Shown piece after piece: positions 1 to 11,960 of a stretch of DNA of 64,000 nucleotides. The notes beneath the pieces are model-generated. The model had not been told where the DNA came from. It searched no databases and saw only the letters and a program-made list of their open reading frames with translations. Position 1 is the stretch's first letter; the number at the start of each line of letters is the position of its first letter. The DNA comes from the human T2T-CHM13v2.0 reference genome, Homo sapiens. Position numbers and translations under genes: made by a program. The stretch lies in the NCBI RefSeq assembly GCF_009914755.1, contig NC_060944.1. One strand, written 5' to 3'.

Positions 1-293
<293 letters not shown>

Positions 294-339
294 CATATAA
301 AAATAAAATAAACACACACAACAGATATTAAGCCATTGA

Positions 340-545
340 TTTATGTATATATGCATATATACACACACCATACAGGTATACATAGATATCACACATATAT
401 ACCTGTATGTCTATACAAGCATACATATACATTATATACACTGTATATTATATATAGTATGTTTACTTGTCTGTGTGTGTACACATACATATAGTGAAGT
501 ATATACCTAAACTACTAAAGGAGAAATTTTATATATATTACAAAA
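340..545. repeat. TA/CA-rich low-complexity region
   Basis: Degenerate (TA)n/(CATA)n/(TG)n runs. Confidence 0.7.
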
Positions 546-1695
546 AGTTATAAATGCATGCTCTTACCTATGTATATTGGTTTGAAGAAAAATATAAAAT
601 ACTTAAAAAAGATTTTAGGAGTATACATAACTTTAAAGAAACATATAAGTACTGCCCATTTCTTTCCCAAATGATACCTATTTTTATAAATTTCTTTAGA
701 CTCAATAATTATAAGGTAATTTTTTATGATTACCTTTTATTTATAGAGATATATATTATAGTTTTAAATGCTTATATGTACACACGTATTATATACAATA
801 AAAAATGTATTACCTATTTTGTGTGTGTATTTTTGTGTATGAATGTGAGAGAATGTGGTGTGTGTGTTTCTATATGTCAGTTTTAATATAGTCTCCAGGC
901 AGATTTTAGGACTTTATGACTTTCTTTTTAAACCTTCTGTCTATGGAATAATTGTGTTCATTGCTTCATCTATTTCTTGCAAAATAGTGACAATGAGCTT
1001 TCTCCCACTGACTAAAACCAGACCTGTTCCACCCATTCCCACCCCACAAATGAGCAAGTCATGTAACATGAGAATAAATTAATAGTGAAGCCCTTTGACA
1101 GTTGTACCTCAGGTGCTTCTGATGTGCAATGACATCTCTCAGAATTAAACCTACCATTGTCAGTTTGTCAACGATTTTCTACAAGTACAAAATGGAATTG
1201 CGTCCATCTCACTCAGATTTGGAAGCAAGTCTGATTATGGGACATACTGGGCTTGACAAGCTAAAGACAGATACAGACATTTTCTCATTTATGAATCTAT
1301 TCCTTTGGGACATTGTTAAAATTTTAAAAAGGTCGTATCTTCTAGGAGGGGATAAGTAACATAAGTTATTTTGCAATAGCTATCAATGTGAAATTTTGTA
1401 TTGTCTTTTGGAAGTCAGAGGAAGAAAGATGGGCTGCCTCGGTGCATTTTCCATTTGCCCGTGATTAGCATGTTCTGAACATCTCAGTGGGAGTCAGAGG
1501 TATGCTTCTCTTTGGGTTTTTTCAGTGTGAAGGATGGAAGGAACTCTTTCACACCTTTCATTTGCACTGTTAAGACTTACATCAGAAGTACAAAGCATTT
1601 TAAACTGACAGAATAAAAAGCAAACTTCAGAGCAACTTTCCTGCCTATGGTGCTTTCCAAGGATCTAAGACACATGAGCAAATCTCCTGAAGGGT

Positions 1696-1702
<7 letters not shown>

Positions 1703-1727
<25 letters not shown>

Positions 1728-1728
1728 A
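1703..1728 (+). repeat. poly(A)26
   Basis: Uninterrupted A run after ggtaaat. Confidence 0.95.
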
Positions 1729-3829
1729 GAGTCACCTTTGGCCCTTTCTTCATCTTTGAAATACACTCGAGAATGGGCTCTCTCCCTCTGAGGCTAAATC
1801 CAGTGTGCCCTGGAGCTGTCAGACCTGCAGAAAGGCCCTTTTTGCCAAGCAGTCTGAGAGAAGACTAGCGGTAATTGGCAATCCAGTTCTCCATTTCCAT
1901 TGTACAGCCATCCCTGACAAATTAATCACAATCAAATGTTGGCTGCAGCAAGGGGCACCCTACACAGCAGGAAAGAAAAATGAGGCCTCACGCTGATCTG
2001 ACAGCCGAATCTTTCAACTCACCCCATTAGACTGAACAAGGGGACGCTGTGGTTTGCCTGTCACTACCACTACCCATAAACAAACTGCTCGCTCTGCATC
2101 TCAGGACTTGGTGGATCCAGTAAGGCCTTCCTTGGGGCCCACCAGGTATCTGAACAATCAGTGCTTCAGAGAAAGGGGAAGGGCCTCATCCTGGTGAGAA
2201 AGAGGCGCTAGATAGTGGCATAGTGGCATAGGAGACTGGTGAGGACACCGTGGCCCAACAGAATCCTGAAGTGATGAATCTCAGGTTTGACAGTGGGTTG
2301 AGGTCTGCTGCAGGCTGTAACGGAGTGTCTGTCTGTGCGCTTACTGCTCACCTGTTGTCTATCAGCCATCAGTCAGGTAGTGAGAAATCCAGCCCTTTCC
2401 ATCCACTGTTTAGAGTTCACTTATCGGGCAAGCTTCTTTGTTCAACATAAAACCAAGAATCTGAAAATACCTTAAAATGTTATTTATATACTTGCCCAGT
2501 CTCTGTAGTAAAGTTTATAAGCCTTAGTCACAGAAGAGAGTCTGAGGCCCTCACTCTTATTTTAGGCATAATTTTAACAAGTGTGTCACAGCCTATAGCA
2601 AATTAGAAGATGGCAGGAAGATCCTGAGAGGTAGATGCTGACAGTAAACAGTGGGATAATACTGAAAGGTGACCCAAAAAAAGATAGATAAGTTTGTTTC
2701 CCTGCCTGCCAGTAGAATATAAGAGAAAATCATATTTTGAAACGCTTGGTCTTTTTTAAAAGACAAATGCTTACTCTTTGTAAAAGCTGTGTAATGAAAT
2801 GTCCCCGTGATGTTAGATCTGAAGTGGAAGAGTCTCTCTTCTCTCCCATCTCCTCTGTAATATTCAAGATGTGGTATATAACTGAATCACATCAAGCAAG
2901 AATAATAACGCTGCCTCTGTTCTGATCAAGTTTACCCTTACTCCTTATAACTGTGGGCAGTGGCATTCACGGCTCTGCCATCTGGCTCTCACAAAACTCA
3001 GGGCCAGGGGCTTGTGGGTAGGTGGTGGAATGTTCTAATTCCTGGAGAAGATATTATTATTCAGACTGTATAACTGAATAGCATCAGTTTCTCTAAGTTT
3101 TTCCATTTCACCTCTCCCAGACAACTGAGTATAAGGAAGTATAATTAAAATGTTGGCTTTCATAAATGTTAAAGCCACATTTAAAACATTTCTCATCTCT
3201 AATACTAACTCAGAAAACTACTTTTCTCCCTATATATTTAGAACTAGAGATTTTGTCAATAAAAATAATGGAGAGGATTTGAGGTCCAAATTAAAGCAAT
3301 GTATTTCCCAGAACTAAACTGAGTGTGTCAGTGGCTTGTCCAAAGTCTTGTAGAAGCCAGACCATGAACACAGCATCAGGACCTGCTGTTTAGTCTTTAT
3401 TCAGAGGCACATAATTTGGTGTTCTTCTGATGACTGGTTTGTTTTTGTGGGAATAAAAAGAATACAGCTGAAGGGATGTACCTGAATTGCTGTTTTCCCC
3501 TTTCTCTCTCTCTCTCTCCCTGAGAAAGATACATAATAACTTTCTGAACCTGCTCCAGCAGTCTAAAGATTCCAGTGCTCATTGGATCATGGATTTCTCA
3601 TTTTAACCTTTCTCTTTCTCCCTCCCTCCCCCTCCAACCTCCTATTCAGATGTGATCTTACCAGAAAATGCAATTAATTTAATCATTCCTAACATTCCAT
3701 TATTTTGATTTGTTTTTAAAATTATGTTTACATCATGATCCAGTTCAGGTTAAAACGCTTGTACACTGACTGAATTGACGCCTATCTTTAAGTTAACAAC
3801 ATTAGTTACTATGTCCTGGAAACCTATAA

Positions 3830-3990
3830 TTGTGCCTGAAATCTTATGTGTTATTTGTAATTCTCACAACAATCTTGATAGATCAGTATCATTTTCCTTA
3901 TTGTACAAATGAGAAATCGAAGACCCTGAGAGGTGACATAAGTAGCTTAGGAAGGGGCTGAGGTGGGACAAGGACACCACCTGACTTCAG
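3830..3990 (-). mobile_element. MIR fragment
   Basis: ctcacaacaatctt...attgtacaaatgagaaatcgaagaccctgagagg resembles the antisense MIR core. Confidence 0.65.
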
Positions 3991-4690
3991 AGGTGTCTGA
4001 AAACAGTCCTTCTCTGGGATAAAGAATACCGCCCAGAGAAACATTCTCCTGTCCTAAAAAGCACCATGCATGTTCACCAAAGCCTACCCAGCAAGTGTCT
4101 GGTCTGAAGAATTCTCCTTTTCTAGGGTCTATGCCAGTGCTTCTAGTTATCTCATGGCGAGAGAAGCTTGTAGCCCCCAGAGTGGGAGGTCTCTAGGCAG
4201 CTGTGAGATTTGTGCTGGAGTGTGGATATTAGACCCAAAGCCATGGGCTTTTTAACATTGGCCTGTGTCTCCCACGCAATCCGAGCTTTATGCACCAGAT
4301 CGTTACTCTGCTGTGAAAATGAATATTGGGTTTATGGAGAAAGCTAAACGGTTGGGAAGGTGTGTCCCTAGCCAATTGTCAATAGAGGCTGTGAGCTTTA
4401 GAGGAGGCAATTGTAATAGGTTTTCAGTTGACACACAGTTATGACCAAAGCCTTTGAATCATTTTTGTGTGCTTTAACTATTGTGTGTTTGTTCAGCTGT
4501 ATCTTTAATAAGAACAGAGCATTATTAGCAGTTTTTAAATCATTCTTTGCTGTAGGTTATAAGCATCTTGCTGCGGTATTCTTTTCAAATTATTGGAATC
4601 TCTCTTTCCCTGCCTTACATCCTGCCCTAACACTGCCTTCCCCTCTCATGTTCCCCTAACAAATGCTATATCCCTCTCATTTGACATATT

Positions 4691-4694
<4 letters not shown>

Positions 4695-4721
<27 letters not shown>
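4695..4721. repeat. (CA)n microsatellite
   Basis: Direct reading. Confidence 0.95.
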
Positions 4722-4725
<4 letters not shown>

Positions 4726-4921
4726 ATTATACAACTTAGTTTCCGGACTGCAACAGTTGTCTAGATGTTTCTGAGTTAGGAAACTTGTTGAATCGATATG
4801 CAGGTCTTCTCTCTGTTTAGGTCTCATTTACCCATCACACATATATTTATCAAATATATTCTTAAGGTTTCCTTCTCCAATTTCATGAGAGACAGCCTAA
4901 CATTCCAGGCCAAGTTTCCAG

Positions 4922-5096
4922 CAGTCACGCTGGCTCTCTTCATAAATCTGTAAAATAAAAATGAGCTTTCTCCTTTGTGAAATCTCTTTTTTATAAGCTT
5001 AATAGAGACCCAGACAAGCCTGAGGGATAGCTCTGTTGACCTCATCAAGTTTCTTGCAGCAGGATGTCTCTGCGAAAGTGGGCTTTTAACCATTTC
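4922..5096 (+). repeat. 175-bp perfect direct repeat, copy 1
   Basis: cagtcacgctggctc...ggcttttaaccatttc is identical to 6144-6318; the same peptide appears in two minus-strand ORFs of the track. Confidence 0.97.
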
Positions 5097-6143
5097 GCAT
5101 ACTTTGAACTGTGGAGCTGACCTAGCTGTGGAGAGGAATTGATTAATTAGCAGTGATGGTGGATACTTATTAAGCACCACGTTGTGCCTTTTGCCTTGTG
5201 CTGTGTTAGATGTTTGGTGTATATTAACCCCTTTACTGTCGAAGGCCATCTGTGTGATAAACATTTACTCTCATTGATGAGGAAAGCTGGCTTATGGTCA
5301 CACAGAGACCACAAGTACCAGAATAGTGGTTGGACCAAGGCATCCCAACTTCAGGTTTCACCCACGTAGCCAACAGCGAGAATTACATCCTACCAATGTT
5401 TAGAGACTTTCTTCCTGTGCATCTTCAGAGACACTGGGCGTGCAGGCAGTAGAGAAGTATTTCACCTGTCACCAATGGGCCCATTTAACAGAAAAACAGC
5501 AGAACACTCAGCATTCCTTTTTAACCAGCTATGTCAGCCATGATTTAGATAATGAGTGTGCATATTGGTCCTACCTCTGTGTCATCTGATTTAATGGAGA
5601 TTCCAGTTAGTGGCAGCTTATCCAGTTACTTTAGAGACTGATTAATGAGTTGTCACTGTTTTATTGGATATCGGTCATCAGAGGCAGGAATACAAGTGTC
5701 TCTAGCATCTGAGCAACCCAGAACATTCAACAAGTAATAAATGAAAACGTCAGGGCCCTTTAGATGTGTGATTTATGTACATACCCTTGGGGTACTACAC
5801 TTACTATAAAACCTACAATGCAATCCTTATCCAAAATTCTGATGGTTTTAATGTTTAAATATTCTGCTTGTGAAATATCATATGGCTTTGAGCAAATAAC
5901 TGTCAGGCCTGTCGAAATCTTTTTGTAATGGGAAGACTGTGAAATTATAGTTGTGAAATTTGATGATTTTGAAGAAGAATTAATTACTGAAGTTTTTACA
6001 GCAGATTCACTTTCATTACCCATTTTTCTTTCTATTGTAACGTCTGTGCTCGGTTTTCCTACATGGATTACAACCTTCTAGATGCTGACTGACCTCTCAT
6101 TTCAGCTCATTTTTTTAAGATGGGAATTGATTGACATTTTCAC

Positions 6144-6318
6144 CAGTCACGCTGGCTCTCTTCATAAATCTGTAAAATAAAAATGAGCTTTCTCCTTTGT
6201 GAAATCTCTTTTTTATAAGCTTAATAGAGACCCAGACAAGCCTGAGGGATAGCTCTGTTGACCTCATCAAGTTTCTTGCAGCAGGATGTCTCTGCGAAAG
6301 TGGGCTTTTAACCATTTC
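6144..6318 (+). repeat. 175-bp perfect direct repeat, copy 2
   Basis: Identical to 4922-5096, offset 1222 bp. Confidence 0.97.
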
Positions 6319-6509
6319 CTTTTAAGGAACTCTGTGTGTTAATGATAATTGTGGTATCTTGACAGTAATTGCTGGGACAACTGGAAACCTAAAGGCAAAT
6401 ACTGGTAGTCACAGAACTGTTTGAGTGCCTGAAAGAGAAAAGAATCTCTTTGAACTACCTGATCCAACTCTCCCGACATCATCCATGCCCCAGCCTCTAG
6501 AATGACTGA

Positions 6510-6800
6510 CTCTTCCTAAAACACATCCTTTGCTTCAGTTCCTCTGGGCCTTTGCATACACAGTTCCTTCCCCTGGGAGAATCTTTCTGCAGATGCTATC
6601 TCTTCCACGCAAGCAGTTTGGAGTTCTCTTCTGCTGATCATCACACCCATTAATGACTCTTCCTTGTAGTCCCTTTGCTGTTTGCTATTTGGATAGACAA
6701 GAGTGACTGCCTTCACTGCATTCAGGCACAACTATTTATGATTAGGAATCAAACCGTGCACCTGCACACAAGCTCCCTGAAGGCAAGTAGATAGTCTTTG
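6510..6800 (+). mobile_element. L2 3' fragment
   Basis: ctctgggcctttgcatacacagttccttcccctggga and aagctccctgaaggcaag are typical L2 3' motifs. Confidence 0.6.
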
Positions 6801-6957
6801 CACCTGGTAAATAAAATTAAGTGCTTCTGGTGTGAACTGAGTCTTCAGGAAAGGCTATTAATTCTTACTGCCAAATTCAGCTAGCTTTCATGGAACCTAG
6901 AAGCAGCTGCCGGGGAAGTTGTGACTTTGGCTTCTCTTTCCCTCATTTTCCCTAGAG

Positions 6958-7139
6958 CAGTAGTTTTCAATCTCAGCTTCCCTTTGGAATCACCTGGAGA
7001 GCTTAAGAAATACCAATGCCTGGGTCTTACCCCTCAAAATTCTGAGGTACAGTGGAATGGTTCCTTGTCGTGACCTAGACATAGGATTTGTATTGTCTCC
7101 CGGCATATTCTAATGTACAGCCAGGGCTGCGATCTTCTG
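6958..7139. mobile_element. MER5A-like hAT MITE
   Basis: cagtagttttcaa...ggaatcacctggagagctt...attctaatgtacagccagggctgcga. Confidence 0.75.
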
Positions 7140-8124
7140 AGCTGGTGAACGTGAAGTTTGGCTGTCCCTTCATGGGCTTTATAGTTTTATCTGCAGGCCT
7201 CACTTTTTATGGGCAGTTGACCTCACCTCACTTCATTTTGTGTGATCTTGGCCAGACAGGCTAGCACCTGCAAAGACTGAGGTATGAAAAGGGAATGCTA
7301 TTCATTTTTCTTTCCTTTCTTCTTTTTTTTTTTTTTTTTTAAAAAAAAAGCATTTGACTTTTGAATATCCCTTGAGCTGGATGTATGAATTAACTAAAAT
7401 TATTATGGTTGTCTTATATTTACTGTATATATTCTGAAATTCTAGTGCTCAAATTGTTTCTTCTGTTAACTTTTGACAGTATTAGAAGATTTAGAATTTG
7501 ATAAGGATTTCCTGCCTTGACTATTCTGTATCTTAGATGTTTCTATTTTGAGGAGCTAAAATGGTATAATGATAGATCTGGAAGTTATAAAACCTTTTGC
7601 TGTTCAAATTGACCGTACCAAATTGACCATCATCTCCTTGTTCTTTCTGAGAGTTAGATGCATAATCAGGCATAATCTCATAATGTTACCAATTTATTTC
7701 ATGTGATTGGGTCCAAGAGTTACAGAGTAACTGAAATATCCCAGGTGGAAATATAAGGCAACTGGATTTGCCTGCCCAGAGAATGAGGAGCCTCATTCAC
7801 TTGTTGGAAATGCAGTTTTATCTGAGCTTTACTCCAGTACCGTCCATGATGACTGCAAGCCAGAATATAACTTGACTCTTTTCATGTCGTTGGCAGAATT
7901 TGTTACCAAATTCCTCTGCCTTTAGTTGTATAAATCATCCCCTTTAGTTACTTCCCTGTTTTATGGCTAATGCTCTGAGTTATTTACCCATTTGAGGACA
8001 TAATGCTCTAGTTGAAGCTTAAATAAATCTTGAGTCCCTAGGAGATGCCTGGTGTCCTATAATGATTCAATCTTTTAGAGTTGCTTAGACTGGGACTTGC
8101 ATCTTATCTCTTGTTCTAATGATT

Positions 8125-8207
8125 TCATCTCCGTGAACTGTGGTTTCCCTTCTTCCATAAAATGGAGATAACATAATATAACCTAACAGGGTTGTTCTTT
8201 CTGCACC

Positions 8208-8240
<33 letters not shown>

Positions 8241-8310
8241 CAAGTCTAAGTACCTAGGGCCGCATCTGATTCATAAGGAACCCTTCCATAGTACATCGTA
8301 GGTATTTTTT
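8125..8310 (+). mobile_element. MIR fragment with internal A-run expansion
   Basis: gtttcccttcttccataaaatggagataacataa...acctaacagggttgtt. Confidence 0.6.
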
Positions 8311-10053
8311 AGTTCTGTTTTTCTAAACTCAATTTCCAGTTACATTTTTCTAATTATTTCCCCCAGTAAAAGGAACTTTGGGCTATAAATATGAATTATG
8401 CTATATAATGCTTGGTTTCAAACTGTTCTGAGCATTTCCAAAGATGTTTTGGATAATAAAGCATGCATGTGTTTTCATATACCATTGCCTTGCAGATCAA
8501 GGATGACTATTCCATTCACACAAATCACATAGGAACCAACTCATAAAAAGGAAATGGACTCCACCTTTTTCTCCATAGGAAGTTCCCTATAATAGTGAGA
8601 ACACAGCCTCATTTTTATGGTCAAACTCAGGACGATATTTGGATTCCCCAGGGAAGTTAACTTTGCTTTCATGAAGCTGCTGAAATATAATCCAAGAGTC
8701 ACCATCAGTGATAAAATCATGGGCTTAGAATTGAAAAGCTGGAGTTAACACTCCAGGTATTTAACAGCCAGTTAAATACCAACATTCTTATTGACAAATT
8801 TAGCACTGAATCAGAGAACAGCCCTAAGCTTATAAAGATTATAAGATTCTTTGGGACAGATAAAGGCAATGAACTGTTTTTTTGTTTTTTTGTTTTTTTT
8901 TTTTTTAAAAAAAAAAGATTGTGCCATTTATTCAGTAGGTGTCCACTCAGTACTACCTGAGATTGTCATTGGTGATATTCATTTAGTTCTTTCAAAGTTC
9001 CATGGGTATTTCCAGAGTTTCTGCCTCATCGTATACAATGGCTCTTCTGGACCTGGCAGATTTGGGCCAGGATGCCTGGAGGAGGACAGCATTGGGCAAA
9101 TGCAGAGAAGTACCCCTTCACCTGCACCTGGCCTTTATAATTTTAACCCCTCAGTGGTGCGTACTGTGTGAGCAGTGGAGAGTCCTTAGGCTTTCAGCAG
9201 ACGTTCAAGGTCTGCTTGGCATTTTGAAGGACAAGTGAATGTTGCAGTTGTGAGCCTGATGCAGACATTTCAGGGAGTTCCTAGAGCTGCCAGTGTCTGT
9301 TTGATTGAAAGGATAGAAGTTGAAATATTATCAGAAGGCCACTTGGAGGTCTGAGGAAATCAGAGTGGAAACATTTCTTGAGGGCATAATATCTCAAAAA
9401 TGTTACTAATATTTAAAGCTGGGAAATTTGCCTTTTTAAAAATTTTTCCATGATAAAAATTTGTAGAGAGAGAATAAAATCTCTTTTAGCTGCAGCCTCT
9501 TCTTCATTACTATCTATGCATTATCGCTGCTATTCGCCCAAGTCTCTCCTATCTCCTGCCCCCTCCCCGCTCTCCCCTTTAGAGTACTGAAGTATTATGG
9601 ATGCTCATTTGGTGTTAGGATGTAATTATCCAAGGTGAAGAAATTTAGCGGGAGCTGTGTGCTGCCTATTTAACATCTGAAACAGCTTCTTAATACCTGC
9701 CATATTAATGGCAGCCTTTTTCCCCCCACTATCCTTGTATAGAAGCTTCCTTGATCTTTCCAGGAAGCTAAATGCTCTCCATCCTGATCATTAACTAATA
9801 ATTATCCAAGAAGGTTTCAGTCTTGATTTTTTGAACTGACTAAAGAATTACGGCTGCCTGCTAAGTTTCTAAGAGCGATGGAAGAAGCTGGGCGAGGGGA
9901 ATGGGAAGTGAAGTATGAAGTTAGTAGGGGTCTTCTGAGTTCAAAAGGCTTCTTGCTCCTTTTCTAGACAGTTTTCCTCTCCCGGGAGCCTATGGGAACA
10001 GTAAGAACTCAGATTATGATTAGGATACAAAGACAGTCCTTGTGGTAGATATT

Positions 10054-10500
10054 TGTTTCCATTTCTCAGCATTTGTCCTTGTTTTTTTTTTCTGTTTTCA
10101 CATTATTGCACCAAATTTTCTTTTGGGGGCCACCCTTCTCCACCCTCAGTCCAAGTGGTTCTTATGAGTTTCTATCTCTAGCCACAAAGATGTAGTTTGT
10201 GACCCAAAACTGGCCATAGTAACAGATCCAGGAACACGCCTATGACAGAAATCTGGTCAACAGGTTGATTCTACACTTCTAGCTACAGAGATTGTTTCAG
10301 AGATGGGCACATTGATTCCCCTAGAGTGATGTTTTGGGTAACTACTGGAAAAAGACACGACTATTGTTTCTGCTGTAATTGAACCCAGGAGAACGAAGGT
10401 TTGTAGTTGTTTTCAGCCACTCTACTCCCGTTTGAACCCAAGAGTGATGTCAACATGGATAAAACAAGACCCCAGAAACTTTTCATAAGAAGGAGGTGCA
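10054..10500 (+). mobile_element. Old ERV LTR fragment (LTR79-like, tentative)
   Basis: ttttgggggccacccttctccaccctcagtccaagtggttc and gattgtttcagagatgggcac resemble ancient LTR consensus. Confidence 0.4.
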
Positions 10501-10520
10501 GGTAACACATCCCTTTTCAG

Positions 10521-11016
10521 TGTTTCTATTATTTCCTGTTTACTTCCTGTTTCTGCCAGGACCAATTGGCAACATCCTTCACCCTGGCAGTGGCAGTTGG
10601 TTCCAGATTCCACCCTCCAACCCCTGTAGCACCTGAGAACCAGGCTTGAGTTTCTCCTCAAAAATATTAGCACCAGCAGGCAGCACGGTTTCCACAGAGG
10701 TCTTGGTCCCAGCTCCTTGGGGACCTCTTTCAAGTTCTAGAGCCTCCAATGCCAACTGAACAGTGCTCCTTCCTCAGTGGTCTGGGTTTCTACTGTGTGG
10801 GGACACTCCTCTAGGTTGCAATGATCAAAACTTCTTCCCTTTGATCCACCAGCCCTTAGAATGGTAGCTGCTTCCTGCTTTGACTGCCTGTTAGCTCAAG
10901 GCTCCCCTTATGCCTTTTCAGCCCTTCAAAACCTATGTAAACAATTCCTTCTATTACATTTTCTTTTAAAATAACTGTGGTGGTTTCTGTTTGCCTTTCT
11001 TGACCTGACTGACACA
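10521..11016 (+). mobile_element. ERVL-class solo LTR (LTR41-like)
   Basis: TG...CA ends; ERVL-type 3' end aaaataactgtggtggtttctgtttgcc...cctgactgacaca. Confidence 0.65.
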
Positions 11017-11240
11017 GCCCTGAAAAGAAGGAACTACCAATTCTATCAAATTCCCATGGCCTCATAGACATTTGTGTATGATTGGTGATCTTTTCTATGA
11101 AATCAACTGTTTTCAGAATGAGCTCTGCACACCCTAGAGAAAACCTAAGTGTGATGGAGAAGTGAGGGTAGATGTGGAGAAGATGAATGAGTCCACTTTT
11201 CTTCATTATAAATAGCTTCCCTTTAATTATCTCTCTCTCT

Positions 11241-11242
<2 letters not shown>

Positions 11243-11286
<44 letters not shown>
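11243..11286. repeat. (AT)22 perfect microsatellite
   Basis: 44 nt uninterrupted, abutting the T-run tail of the FAM element. Confidence 0.97.
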
Positions 11287-11300
<14 letters not shown>

Positions 11301-11457
11301 AATAGATGGGGTCTTGCTGTGTTGCCCTGGCTGGATTGCAGTGAGCTATGAGCATGACCATAGTTCACTGCAATCTTGAACTCTTGGGCTCAAGTGAGTC
11401 TCCTGCCTCAGCCAGCAGAGTTGCTGGGACTATAGGCACATGCCACCATGCCTGGCT
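11287..11457 (-). mobile_element. FAM (fossil Alu monomer)
   Basis: Single monomer; reverse complement reads gccaggcatggtggcatgtgcctatagtcccagc...gcagtgaactatggtcatgctcatagctcactgca...gcaagaccccatct + A tail, keeping the FAM-type ATAGC segment. Confidence 0.75.
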
Positions 11458-11829
11458 CTGTATTGTATGTTTTGGTAAGATTTCATGTTAAAAGTATTCC
11501 AAGGATGTTCTCTTTGGATATTTATTTATTTTAAAAAAGTATTCATTTACTTTACGAGAATGTGTTAAAGTAACATTGTCTAGCTATTTGATTGAAGTTG
11601 TCTCTTTCTACTCCTGCCAGAAATAAATTCTCCCTACGGTATGTGTCAATAAACTATGTTTATCTTAGTCTTAACACGTTCTGTTTAATATTAGGGTTAT
11701 ATGTTACATTTTTCTTCCCTACTTGACTGTCCTCTCCAGGAAGGCAAGAAACTGGTCTGTATCATTAATAAGCACTTAACAAGGACATAAAAGTCCTTAG
11801 AATGAGTCTTTACATACAAGCTGGAGTAC

Positions 11830-11960
11830 AGTGGACAAGTTAGTTAACTCTCTTTTAGCCTATTGGTTTATTTTAATACAAGGATAATAATACCTACTTT
11901 ATACAAATTGTATGATCATTTGAAACTTAAATGAAATATTAATTATTCTTATTATTAGTT
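11830..11960 (+). mobile_element. MIR fragment
   Basis: ggacaagttagttaactctc...ggataataatacctact. Confidence 0.65.

Noticed and set aside
4824-6315. Two minus-strand ORFs sharing an identical 57-aa peptide, suggesting paralogous genes or mutually exclusive exons
   Set aside because: A by-product of the 175-bp DNA duplication; no recognisable protein.
4922-6318. LTR-retroelement reading of the direct repeats flanking 1047 bp
   Set aside because: No TG...CA termini, TSD, primer-binding site, polypurine tract or gag/pol remnants.
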